A stretch of DNA of 53,406 bases from Octopus bimaculoides (GCF_001194135.2 NC_069007.1:2606396-2659801), one strand, 5' to 3'. Shown: positions 36,945 to 49,640, counted from the first letter of the stretch. Notes: generated by a model from the sequence alone, not told the origin. Made by a program: numbers and translations.

Positions 36945-38394
36945 GAATTTGAATTTTGTCACTGAAGAGGTCGCGTTATGTTTTACAATTTACAACTGTG
37001 GTGAGATGACTAAACTGTGTATCTTATATAGGGCACCTTGGACAAGTTAAAAATACTATACAGTTCACTTTTTTTAGTCCATGGGACAGCAAAAAGTTCG
37101 AATTTTATTGGCCAGTGTAATCAATACAGCGTTCCACCAGTGTTAGCAATTTTAAAATGGTCGGGGTTGAATTTTAGAGAGATTTGGTTATTATATTCAG
37201 TAAATAGAGTAACTACGTAGTCGTGCTTTTGGTGAATTAGACAATATGAAACTTTCAGTGAAATGTCTATGATTTGATTGGTCTCCGACAGAGAAGCCAA
37301 TATGAACAACGATGTCTTCTTACCCGACTAATGCATAAAAGAAAACTGTACAGCATGGATTATAGGAAGTTTGAAGAGATAATTAGAGTGTTTGGCCGTG
37401 GTAGTAATAAGTGGTATATCTAAAAAAGAAGAGGGGAAGCGAATACAACATTAGTAGCAGTTTACAACCTGGACAACATAATGACGGAGTGTAGAGAGAG
37501 GTAACAAAGTAAAATAGGAGACTTGGTACAGAGAAGGAAAACGGCTGAAAAACAAATGCATTCATTGAGCAGACGTGAATAGGGTGGCGGTTATGGCCTG
37601 GTAGAAGGCGAGGCGGGAAGTTCAGTGTGCCGATCAATAGTATGTAGGTTTAATGATCACAAAAGGTGTTCGATTATCAAGCAATAAAAGATAGCTCTGA
37701 TAAAAGGAAACTCTAATTGAACAGTAGTATAAATGAAGAAAGCTGGCAGCAAACCAGAGATTTGAATGCATAAAAGAACATAAAATAATCTAGAATGTAG
37801 GAAGTAAAAATGTAATGAAGTGGGCAAATGAGCAGCGAACTGGTTTTATTGACAACAAATCGCCCCAAGTCTGTAAAGAAAAGTTTTCTAAACAACATTA
37901 TATAATGCATATATTTCTGCTTCTCCAGATCGCAATAATGGCATATCTTCAGCGTATATAGCGTTTTATAGACGAACAAATACTTTCTTTCCAATATATC
38001 CGTTTCTGCACACGAATTAATGGTAATAGATTCAATATAGCAAAACATACCTCGGATTTGGCATATGTGGACAAGTCTATATGCACTTATACATACACAC
38101 ACACACACACACTTATACATACATACATATATATATATGTGTGTGTGTGTGTATATATATACATACATACATATATATATATGTGTGTATATATATATAT
38201 ACATACATATATATATATGTGTGTATATATATATATACATACATATATATATATGTGTGTATATATNNNNNNNNNNNNNNNNNNNNNNNNNNNNNNNNNN
38301 NNNNNNNNNNNNNNNNNNNNNNNNNNNNNNNNNNNNNNNNNNNNNNNNNNNNNNNNNNNNNNNNNNNNNNNNNNNNNNNNNNNNNNNNNNNNNN

Positions 38395-38433
<39 letters not shown>

Positions 38434-39004
38434 CATATATATGTATATATATATATGTATGTATATATATATAACATTATGCAACCATAGTCACACACGC
38501 ACATACACACACATCAATATATGTGTGTGCGTGTGTGTGTGTGTATGTATGTGTGTATATATCTTTATATATATATATATATATGTAGTGTATGCATATA
38601 TTTGTGCGTTAGTGTGTGTGCGTGTGTGTGTGTGTATTAGTAAGAGAAATCATATTTTTATCAATCACAATGGATACAGTACGGGGTCAATGCACCCGTC
38701 TACTGTATATTCAGCTGAAATCGAAATGGTTTAGGTTCGAAACCAGCTAACGAAGCTATACGATCTTTTAGATTTTTCGCTAGTATGCTTCTTGTTCTTG
38801 ATTTTGAAAGCTGCAATGCTGGAGCATCACCTTTAATGGTTCGTATCGACCCCGCCGCACCATTGCATTTTTTTGTTTTTATTTATTTTATATATCTACC
38901 AACGAAGAAACAAAAGTAATGTCAGGTACAATTTGAACTCAGAGCAAAAATTCCACAGAGTATTAATTTATTCACTACCGATTTCGTCGTCACCTCTGTA
39001 TGTA

Positions 39005-39201
39005 CGATGGGGTGCTACAAAGACCCCCTGCTTGAAAGCGATCGAGAAAGGCAGAGTTCTTTTACAGGGCTTAGAAAAAATTGAAGGACTGCTGGAATGA
39101 GTGTGTGAATCTGAGAGCGGAATATGTTGAATAAAATCATAATTAACTGATTCCCCCGTATTTTCTGTTGTCCGAAGCCAGGACCTTTTCAGCACCCCCT
39201 G

Positions 39202-39202
<1 letters not shown>
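39005..39202 (+). mobile_element. About 198-bp mariner-derived MITE
   Basis: TA-cgatggggtgcta ... tcagcaccccctgg-TA; internal LQGLEK / LKDCWNECVNLRAEYVE* mariner C-terminus. Confidence 0.75.
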
Positions 39203-39204
<2 letters not shown>

Positions 39205-39232
<28 letters not shown>

Positions 39233-39350
39233 TTGTCTGTGTATGTATGTATGTATTCAATTCTATTTCAAGATGGCTTTCGAAAAGAGAAAGATCCGGT
39301 TTGACAACCTACGTCCAAGACTCCTTCATTCGAATTTTAAACATCAACAG
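39205..39350 (-). mobile_element. 3' UTR end of an RLE LINE related to 1356-1935, with (ACAT)n tail
   Basis: ttcaattctatttcaagat and caagactccttcattcgaattttaaacatcaaca align to 1363-1455; both follow (TATG)n. Confidence 0.55.
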
Positions 39351-39399
39351 GGTGGTTGTTGTAGTAACGGTTGTAGTGGTTGCAGTATTTGTAGGTAGC

Positions 39400-40385
39400 G
39401 CTGATGGCAGCAGCAGTAGTAGTAGTAGTAGTAGTAGTAGGGTTAGTGGTGGTGATGCTGATGAAACTGGAATAATGATGACGATGACGATTATGAGGGA
39501 GTGTTGGGTAAGGAGGGGGTGGAAGAGGAGGAGGGGTGGAAGAGGAGGAGGGTGAATATGATGATGGTGCTGTTGGCGATGATAAAGGTTGTGCCGGGGT
39601 TGACGATGAGGAGAATCAGGAAGCGGACGAAAAAAAGAGTGATGCGAGATGACGGTGATGATGAAGATGATGATGATGATGATAATGTTCACTTCGCTGT
39701 CATTGACACTGTAAGAGAATGGTTCGGGCGGAAGAGGAGAGCAGTAGGGGGGGCAGTATTACCTGAAAGAGAAAAATTAAGCGCGAAAGTGTGAAAATAG
39801 GAAGCGGTGAGAGAGTGTTGATACGCATTCCTGCAGCCTCCGGTGAGTTGAATATGCATCTTCTTTATATTTTTATTATTTCCTTTGTATTCAAGCAGGA
39901 TAACCTACAATCGCCATTAACGCTGGAGCTCACCAACCAAAGAGCGATAACATTGTCTCAATCAGCTGGATTTACACAACAGAGCATTGTGACATGTGAC
40001 ATGTGACTAACCATACATACCCTCTTCCTTCAACATGCTTGCCTCTTCCTAATCCCCTTACTCCTACTCCCCCACTTTACATGTGCTTTAAACCTCCTTC
40101 GCTGGCATTTTTTTTTACCACTGATGTTAACGATGCTGATGACGATGGTGATGATGATGAAGACGGCGTCTATGTTGAGGATGTTGAATCCGACGACGAC
40201 GATGATGATGATGGTAATGATGACGATGATGATGACAATGATGATGCCCGTGATGATGGTAATGACGATGCTGACGAAGACGACGGCGTCGACGACAACG
40301 ATGACGAACATGATGATGATGACGATGACGATGGTGGTCGTGGTGATGATGATAATGACGACGATGGTGATGATGTTGCTACGGC
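39400..40385. repeat. Degenerate (GTA)n/(GAT)n/(GAC)n arrays (39400-39690, 40125-40385)
   Basis: Directly visible. Confidence 0.85.
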
Positions 40386-40780
40386 TCAGGCTGCATGTAA
40401 TTATTCCATCCTATTGAATCATTATCGATACTTATCAATATACATAATTCAATTTATTCATTATGCATAATTCACTTACTTTTCTACACGTGATTGTTTT
40501 TACTTATGTCAACCTCACTCTCACCCTCTCTCTCTCTCTCCCTCTTCCTATCTCTCACTCTATCTGTATAAATATACATGTGTATGTGTGTGTATCTATA
40601 TACATGTATGTGTGTGTGCCTGTGCGTGTGTATTTAATTAGTCAAATTTTAATTATTCCTTTAAGGAAGGAGCTGATTTCTAACAAACATAAAAAGTCCC
40701 GTCGTCTAAATGTCGATAAGAAAACCAAATTCTGATTATGAACTTCAGAAAAATCTCACATATTTTTAGTTCATATATAT

Positions 40781-40855
<75 letters not shown>

Positions 40856-41416
40856 GTGTGTATGTATATAAGATGAATAAGAATGTAACATACTGCATCA
40901 CACGCAGAAAGTGTAGGAGTTATTCCGATGTATCGAAACCCCTTCTTTTGTGAAATCTTAGCAATGTCAGAAACACTTCCATATCATCTGCCAGCATTTA
41001 AGAGTTACAAGCAAGCGTTTCGCCACTCACACTGTACGCTTCAGCTTAATGTTGCACCGAGGATTAACTTAGTTTTCACCTGTGGAATAGTCCTACCTGC
41101 AGTGTTCTGTCAACCGCAGCCATCTCGAGCTCGTTACGGTTGCCGCGCTTGTAAGTGATAGATAACATAGATGCTCATTTGCCAAGGTAATCACCACCTC
41201 CAGGTGATATGCCATGATTATCAAACGGCATTTACGATCAGCTCCACGTTTTTTTCTATAAGTCCAATGCACATACGCGCGTCCATNNNNNNNNNNTTAG
41301 GTGTGTGTGAGTGGCGTACGTAGGCATAGAGGCATATGCATGTATGCTTATCTAAGTGTATATTTAGGCGAATACACTGTCACATACATAGACACATATA
41401 TGTGATATATAAAGAC

Positions 41417-41478
<62 letters not shown>

Positions 41479-42191
41479 GCAGACGGCCAAAGACAGTTTG
41501 GAGAGGGTGAGAGGGTGAGAGGAAGTAGATTCGGATGTCTGTTGCAAGTGTTGACGCCTTCTTGTTGGCATGTCTTCCCATACGTGTTGCCATGGTACTC
41601 TGAAAGAAAATCTTTGTTGTTATCCCCGGGAGATTTCAGTATTGATAAAGGAAGGCCTGGAGGGAAATCATCAGCTTCCACTGACAGAAATGTGGCAAAA
41701 TTGAATATAACGATCCAGTCATCAATGATACACACCAACAGCAGCAGCAGCAGCAGCAGCGGTAGCAGCAACACTACTAGTTGTAATAATGGTAATAGCA
41801 GGAGAAGAGAGGAGAAAAGAAAGAGAAGAAAATGAAGGAGAAAGTTTATCGTATACATAAACAGATCGATAGATAGATATGTATTTATTTATATATATAT
41901 ATATATATGTATGTACTTATACATATATATGTATGTACTTATACATATATATTTTTTTATACATATACATATGTATGTGTGTATGTGCGTATGTATGAAT
42001 GTACGTAGGTGTGTATGTGCGTATGTATGAATGTACGTAGGTGTGTATGTGAAAAAAATATATATTCATGCGCCAATATTTTTATTTCTGTCATTTATCA
42101 TCAGCTCTATGTTTTCTACCGATTTCAGTCAATAACTATATATCATATCAGCTTCTCACATTCCCTCTCTATGTAGTGAGATATAAAGAAC

Positions 42192-42262
<71 letters not shown>

Positions 42263-42690
42263 TTACGAATATATATTTATATTATATTTGCATACATATA
42301 TATATGTATATATATTGATATATATATATTATGTATATATGTATTTATTGATGTGTGTGCATGCGTGATATCAATTCCTGGAGCCTTTTGTTTGTCATTC
42401 TGGTGTCTAGTCTACTTCCTGTATCGATATGCGACGTTTGTTGTGTGCCATTCTGTCCGCTCTGATTTCCTCGCTGGCAACAATACTTTCAACAGTTCCC
42501 CCTTTCTTTCTTTACTCCCGCTTTATTTTCTATTTTATTTGCAATAATTTCGTAATAAATCCCATTTAGTCAGGATTCACCAATATCTAATCGAAAGAAT
42601 CGTCAGCGATTTTTTTGCCATTGAATTATAAAGTTTATAGCGAGGTTTCTTGTCTGTAGGTATGACTTTGTGTGTGTGTGCGTGTATATA

Positions 42691-42842
42691 TATAGGCGCA
42701 GGGGTGGCTTAACAAGCACATGGTTCCGGGTTCATTCCCACTGCGTGGCACCTTGGGCAAGTGTCTTCAACTATAGCCTCGGGCCGACCAAAGCATTGTG
42801 AGTGGATTTGGTTGACGGAAACTGAAAGAAGCCTGTCGTATA
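42691..42842 (+). mobile_element. 5' half of SINE family A
   Basis: taggcgcagg...gggttcattccc...ggcaccttgggcaagtgtcttc...gaaagaagcctgtcgta. Confidence 0.85.
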
Positions 42843-44104
42843 TATATATACACATACACACACATACACGAACACACATTATTTGTGTATTAAGGCTACC
42901 ATTTGTTTCAAGCAAAGAAGTATCTCAATGATTGTTCATGCCAATCACATAGAAAAATTGATGTTATTCTCCATTTTCGATTTTTAAAAAATACCATTGA
43001 AACCAACAGCAGATTTAATAGACAAGCAAACAGTTTTTATCTACCAATGTACTGTTGAAGACCCATTCTCATTGTTTCGGACGCTTTGCTGCTGTCTTTG
43101 CTTAACCCACGTCCCCTGCGATGGGTAAAAACCTTTAAGGTATTCTTTCCAAAAAAAACTGCACACTTAGGACTGTATTATCAAATGTTCGTTCTTTCGT
43201 TGTGAGACCCGATGTATATTTGGCTGTTATTTCTAGAAGATCTAACGAGCAGTGATGGTGTGTTTCAGTGCTGGGGGGGGGGGCGAATGTCAGTGCATAC
43301 GACCTCGTGTGCAAGCGCATGCTCAGAAAAATAATGAACCATTAATTTTACAAATTCATAAGTATGCATGCAATCACACTCACAATAATTAAAATTTCAT
43401 AATGCATTAATTAACCAAATAATTATAATGCTTCCAATACGGAATCACCAAAGATACTTTACAGTAGAATATTATAATTTAAATGAGTTTTTCTTTATTT
43501 GCATCTTAATTAGAATTTTTGGTTCTACTTTGATGAAGAAACTGAGCGAGATATTAGATGAGCAATATGGAAAGATAATTATTAGTTAGAATATAAGATC
43601 GTTACCCAAAGAACTGACACGAAGCTATTTCTCTAAATACAATTCTGAGAAAATCTGTTTACATCGGTAATTGATAGAAAGGAATAATCAAAGAGTGATT
43701 CCTGAAATATGGATAATTTTTAGTACCTGACAACATAGAGTACATAAAATTTTAAAATAGAAAGAGATAAGTCTTAATATCTGCATATCAAAATTAACAA
43801 TCTAATGTAGATTAATTAAATTAAATATTAACGATTCATAATCACCATCTGGCGACAATCTTAAGTAGTCTCCTATAATCGAAGGCGGAGATCACGCTTT
43901 TGTATACCTGGAAACCTATTTTCGAATTGATCCAAAAGCTTATAAAAATTTGTAACATACATCAACATCGATTCTTGTCTTTATTGTCGGAGTTTTTGTA
44001 AATACGTCATTGAATGGCCCTCTGTGTACCACACTATCATTACAAGAAAAGATGCTGTGTCTATGATAGAATGTCATCGTAGAATTGTTGTTAAAACCAA
44101 AATA

Positions 44105-44981
44105 CGAGGGGGTTCTAAAAAAAACAGGAACTTTGCAATACTATTTTATTCACTTAGTTTTACATGTTCACAATTTTGTCGCATTCAAAGTTTTCTCAAT
44201 TTAAAGCAATGCATTGGTCCAGACGCGATTTGCACAATTGGAAGCAGTCCTGGAACTCATGCGAAGTGATGCCCTTTAAAACTTCCCCTTTTTTTTTTTT
44301 TTTACCTCTTTCACATCTGCAAGTTCCTTAACCCCAGCTTTCGTCACCAGTAATGACCTTCCGGATCAACTTCCAGCTGTTCTTTCAGTTCACGACACAC
44401 GTTAAGTGACGACTGCTTTTGAACTTCCGTGAGCAAACGAGGCGCAAAATTTGCTGCAAATCTTTGAATTCGCAATTCATCGTTCAAAATTCGTTGGCAG
44501 AAACTCCAGAACACACCATTCATATCAACAAGTTCGTCAATTGTTCGATGACGGTCCTCCTAGATTGGTTCACGAATTTTCATGATGCTTTCATTCGTTC
44601 GGGAGTTAAACGGTCGTCCTGAAGCGAGAAGTGACCATTCTTAAAGTGTGAAAACCACTTGTAAAATTGTTTTGCTCATCACAGCTTTCTGGTAAGCATT
44701 TTAAGGCATCACAACTGTTTCGGCTGCCGTTTTCACCAGCACAAAAAAGAGATTCATGGAAGCACGTAGTACCTTCGTTTCAACCAACGCAAAAATCGAC
44801 GAACAGGAGAGAAGAACTGCAAAATAAAGGCGCACCACGTTGCAATACGACCGCACCCAATGACGCCGATCGACAGACAGATGCGCAAGGGTCGCATCAA
44901 GTAGCTTCGAGTAGCGGAAGGCTGAACTACAACGTGTTTGCCCCACTGAGAACGTTTCCGGTTACTTTGGGGTAACCTTCG
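44105..44981 (-). mobile_element. Internally deleted mariner transposon (about 877 bp), TA-flanked
   Basis: Degenerate TIRs with TA at 44103-04 and 44982-83. Minus strand encodes HTH region (KTAAETVVM, SGRP, EDRHRTIDELVDM), KVITGDESW (first D), then a deletion joining to LKGITSHEFQDCF...RLDQCI. Confidence 0.9.
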
Positions 44982-45137
44982 TAGGTATCGAAATGAGATG
45001 AATATCTTCGCTGCAGTGTCTCACGAGAAGAAAGCAGCGTGTTGCCTTCATTGGGGCTATCCAATGACTGGACACTTGCTTCAATGAAACTTGTGGTCCG
45101 ATGTATATATATATATATTGTTAAAGTCTGTCATACC

Positions 45138-45177
45138 GGCCATGACGAAGGGAAATAGCCCTGAAACTCGAGTCGCC
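45138..45177 (+). ncRNA. Minimal type I hammerhead-ribozyme motif with palindromic helix III
   Basis: GGC-C(A)TGACGA-AGGG(AAATAG)CCCT-GAAA-C(TCGA)G-TC/GCC: stem II 4 bp, helix III closed by palindromic UCGA, GUC triplet, 3-bp helix I; one extra or substituted base at the C3/U4 position. Confidence 0.7.
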
Positions 45178-45487
45178 TTTATATATATATATTTATATTT
45201 ATATATTTATATATTTGATCCTTTATATTGAACACTCAATATTTCATCTACATTCAATACTTTCTTTCATGGTGCCATCCATTTTTATTTTATTTTATTT
45301 TATTTTATTTTATATTGTATATCATATTATATATTGTATATTCCATATTCTATACCCCACATTAGTTCTGCAGGAATATAAATAAAACATAAAAAACAGA
45401 CAGTGTTGGAACTCTTTTAAGCAAAATAATATATTCCTCTATACACAATCATACAAAAAACCCACCTTTTTTGTATTTATTTTTACT

Positions 45488-45530
<43 letters not shown>

Positions 45531-46404
45531 CCAAGAATAAAATATTCATTGATGTGGCAAATCCTGCCAGACTGGAGCATAAATCTGAAAGTACACAAAT
45601 GAAGGTGTATATCTGCAAATGTGTAAAGCCAGTCTTCAGTTTAAACCAATTTTCTCAAAAGTATCGATTTTATAATGTTAAAAAGATTATGTACTGGTAT
45701 TGTTGAATTAGTCATTAAGATATCGTTTGAAAATTGATCGTTGTTTGCAGAAAGATTATCTGAATTAATCCTTATTTGACATTGGCTAGATATATCCCTC
45801 AGGACGAAATTATGAAAACTCCACAAAGATGACTAACACTTCCGAGGTTTTTCGTTTTCTTCAAACGTTTTTATCTATCGTTTATATTCAATCGATCATG
45901 GAAGTTTGACTTCATGTTTGATTGTCTTTGTTAATATTTATCACAAGTTCGATTAGCGGGCCGTTGTTTTAAAACGTCGGAACGATTACTTTACAATAAT
46001 TGTTCTGCTCCCTTATATTCAGAGTTCAAATTATGTGAGGGAATTCTTTTTGCGTTTCATCTTTTTGAAGATCGACAAAAATGGAAGCAGTCTAGTACAG
46101 GGGTCAATTGTATTCACTAAGTCTTCCCCTTTTAACTAAACAACAACCAATTATTGATATTAGACACAGGGGAAGTAATTGCTAATAAGGACTTTGAGGT
46201 ACTGCTTCGCATTCACACGCACATATGTGTGTGTGTGTGTGTGTGTATGTGTGTGTNNNNNNNNNNATATATACATATATATATATATATATATTGTGTT
46301 AGTTTCACTTGACCAAACTTACTTTAAGCTTTGAACGGCCCAAATGTACGGGTTGAAGTCACACAAACTGCCTCACAGTGGGACTGAACCAAAGACCACG
46401 TTAT

Positions 46405-47750
46405 GATGAAGATGCTGATGATGACAACGACGTTCGGGATGACGATGATGATGATGATGAATGTGATGGTGAGGATGATGAAGTTGGTGATGACGGTTAC
46501 CATGCTGAAGAGATGTTGGTTATGATGTTGATCAAGAGGACGAATACGATGATGCTGCTGATGATGATGATGAGGCTACAGTAGAAAACATATGCCGTAG
46601 ACGCCATGCAGTGTCGCTGAACCCAAGAGGACCACATGGTTGGAAAGCAAGCCACTTGACCACACCACCACCACCACCACAATTTTACTAAGTGTGGAAA
46701 GAAAGAAAAAGAAGTTTTGCAATCATTACATGAATATGTTTAGATAATGTCTCCTTTCAGCCTCGTTTCCACTAACAATGCAATTCGAAGATAATTTCTA
46801 CGTCTAAAAACAACCGAATTGTAATTTTTGCTTCTTTTTTTCTTGTTTTTATCTTCTTGTTTTCAGTAGGAAAAAATAATTAATTGTCAATTAGCATGAG
46901 AAAGGGAAACAAGAATTGAATTCTAGTCACAAATTCTCAGAATCCTAATTTGATGAATTGCTTTTCTTAAAATGTATAGCGTTCATGTGTTGTTCAAAAA
47001 ATTTCCATTCTTAAATATGTATTTTTTTTTTATATTTTTATCTTTCAGCCTCTTTTATGAATTTTCACATAATTCTTCAAATGTTTTTTTTCTCCTTTCG
47101 TTCGCTTTTTCTTATTGATATAAATTGTTATGAGAGACGATGGTGACGATGAAGACTATGATCAGATGATGAAGCCGATGTTGATGAGGATAATAATTAT
47201 CATGATGACGATGATGAAGATGATAATGATGATGATGAGGAGGATGATGATGGAGATGGTAATGATGACAAGAATGATGATGAAGATGATGACGGTGATT
47301 ATGATGATGAAGACGATAATGACGACGATGATGCTGATGACGATGATACTCATGATGAAGACGACGACGATGATGACAATGATGACGAGTGTGATGATGG
47401 TAATGATGATGACGATGATGAGGATAATTATGATGATGACCATGACGATGATGAGGATAATTATGATGATGACCACGACGATGATGATCGTGAAGTTGAT
47501 GATGATGGTGATGCTGATGCTGGTGCTGTCGAAGATGACAATGGGATGATGGATATGGTGGTGATAATAATGCTGACGACGATGAAGATTATCCTGATGA
47601 TGAGATGATTATTACAATGATGATCAGCAGAAGGAGAAGAATAATGATGATAATTATGATGATAATCCTGATGAGGATGATCAGGGGGAGGAACGGAACG
47701 TGTAGCAGCGTCAGAGATTATTACTATTATTATTATCATCATCATCAACA
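46405..47750. repeat. Degenerate (GAT)n arrays (46405-46575, 47130-47750)
   Basis: Directly visible. Confidence 0.85.
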
Positions 47751-48229
47751 TTATACCGTGTATGGATTTTTTTTTTTTTTTTTAATTGAATCATTAATAT
47801 TTCTTTTTGAAAATATAATTAATTGCAACTCGGCTAATTAAGCTTCAAATCTTGCCATTACTTTGCACGATGGATTCCTAACGATTTCTATAAAATTCTG
47901 TTAATTATAGTAGTCAACATTATTATTATTATTGTTATTATTATGTTTATTTGCCCTACAAAATGTGCACCTGCCGAGTCAAACGAGGTGGAAATAAGCA
48001 CAGATAGATTTGGCAGAAACACGAGAAAGTCCATCAAAATGTTTTGCTGTATTTGTCCTACTGATTTCCTTCCCGTGTTCAAATCCGGCCGACTTCAACT
48101 TTGCCTTAGCGTCCACCGGGTATCGATGAAATGAAATAGTCTAGAACTGGATGCTGGGTCTCGATGAAATCGATTACCAATCCCCCGCCCCCAATATTGC
48201 TGTCCTTGTGCCGACATTTCGAAGAAGTA

Positions 48230-48364
48230 TTAGCATGCTGGGAAAAATGCTTGGCGGCATTCCGTCCGCCTTTAAGTTCTGAGTTCAAATTCCGCTGAGG
48301 TCGACTTTGTCATTTATTCTTTCGAGGTCGATAAATGAAGTACCATTTGCGCTCTGGGGTCAAC
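48230..48364 (+). mobile_element. SINE family C
   Basis: aaatgcttggcggcatt...gagttcaaattccgctgaggtcgacttt. Confidence 0.8.
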
Positions 48365-48386
48365 AAATTTGGGGGAAGAAGGAAAT

Positions 48387-48546
48387 TGATTACATCGACC
48401 CCAGTTTTCAACGGGTACTTATTTTATGGACCCCGAAAGGATTAAAGGCAAAGTCGACCTCGGCAGAATTCGAACTCAGAACTTAAGGATGGACTGAATG
48501 TCGCTAGGGATTTTGCCCAGCGTGCTGACGATTCTGCTAGCTCGCC
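48387..48546 (-). mobile_element. SINE family C, full length, tail-to-tail with the previous copy
   Basis: Reverse complement matches 51987-52155. Confidence 0.85.
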
Positions 48547-49181
48547 ACTTTAATTACATCAATAATAATACGTAGTATTATCATTGGCATAGTGACCCTC
48601 CAAGGAGAAAAAAAATGGATTTCTTTCAACACGTGAATTCACATCAAGAATCTTGCCAACCAAATACAAAGACGTGAGTTTTGTCTTTTGCATTGTTTTT
48701 CGCAACATTTTTTCTACGATTTCTTGCTTTGAAAGTGATATTATCGTATTCTGGGAGATTATTCTGTCAGTAAAAATAGCTTGCTCACAGTTTCAATCAA
48801 TTAACTAATTAACTAATTAATTAATTAATTAATTAACCCTTTCTTAAAGTATCTTCGTCGACGTCCTGTATGAGACTCGGGAGGGGATCGTCTTTCCGTT
48901 TCTCCATTAAGGTCTGTATGGATTACAAGAGTTGGTATTCCCTGCATCTCCTTACTTAAATGGTGAAGAGTGATGAGTGTCTGACAGCAACCTGGATGTC
49001 AAGGATCAATCCTTCGTCGCGCCTTCACACTCATCCAATTAATTGAAATGTGAGCAGACGTCTCACGCCAACGGCGACCATACTTGATCACTGTCGACAT
49101 TGTCCTGAACTGGTCATAATTAATTAGAGCGTGACTGAAGGCGGATATGGTAGTGATCTGCTTACGATATATATTACAAGA

Positions 49182-49552
49182 GTGGAGGCGCAATGGCCCA
49201 GTGGTTAGGTCAGCGGACTAGCGGTCATAGGATCGCGGTTTCGATTCCTAGACCGGGTGTTGTGAGTGTTTATTGAGCGAAAACCCCTAAGGCTCCACGA
49301 GGCTCCGGTAGGAGGTGGTGGCGAACCCGGCTGTATTCTTTCACCACAACTTTCTCACATTCTTACTTCCTGTTTCTGTTGTGCCTGTAATTCAAAGGGT
49401 CAGCCTTGTCACACTCTGTGTCATGCTGAATATCCCCGAGAACTACGTTAAGGGTACACATGTCTGTGGAGTGCTCAGCCACTTGCACGTTAATTTCACG
49501 AGCAGCCTGTTCCTTTGATCGAACCCTCGTTGTCGTAACCGACAGAGTGCCA
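49182..49552 (+). mobile_element. tRNA-derived SINE family B'
   Basis: A-box TGGCCCAGTGG, B-box GTTTCGATTCC, body and tail as in 31464-31856. Confidence 0.88.
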
Positions 49553-49588
49553 CGATATTATAAGAGATAGAGCTTGGCTTGTCGTAAA

Positions 49589-49640
49589 ACCGCGGTTCCC
49601 AACTGGGGTGCTTAGGACCCTCAGGGGTCAGGAATAGATT
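49589..49640 (+). mobile_element. Possible hAT (Charlie-type) terminal fragment
   Basis: CCGCGGTTCCCAACTGGGGT...GACCCC resembles CAG(T/C)GGTTCCCAA(A/C)CT termini; no partner TIR seen. Confidence 0.35.

Noticed and set aside
40003-40470. 155-aa Asp-rich ORF resembling acidic biomineralisation proteins
   Set aside because: It lies in a degenerate (GAT)n array whose Asp frame rarely mutates to stops; equivalent arrays at 39.6, 46.4 and 47.1 kb are frameshifted; no signal peptide or splice support.
41201-41224. 18/24 match to U1 snRNA stem-loop I
   Set aside because: The 5' ACTTACCTG end, downstream stems and Sm site are absent; too short to exceed chance.
4940-49250. tRNA-like sequences with A and B boxes (4940, 9500-9570, 25127, 31790-31856, 49182)
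   Set aside because: No acceptor-stem closure and they continue into repeat bodies; they are SINE heads, not tRNA genes.
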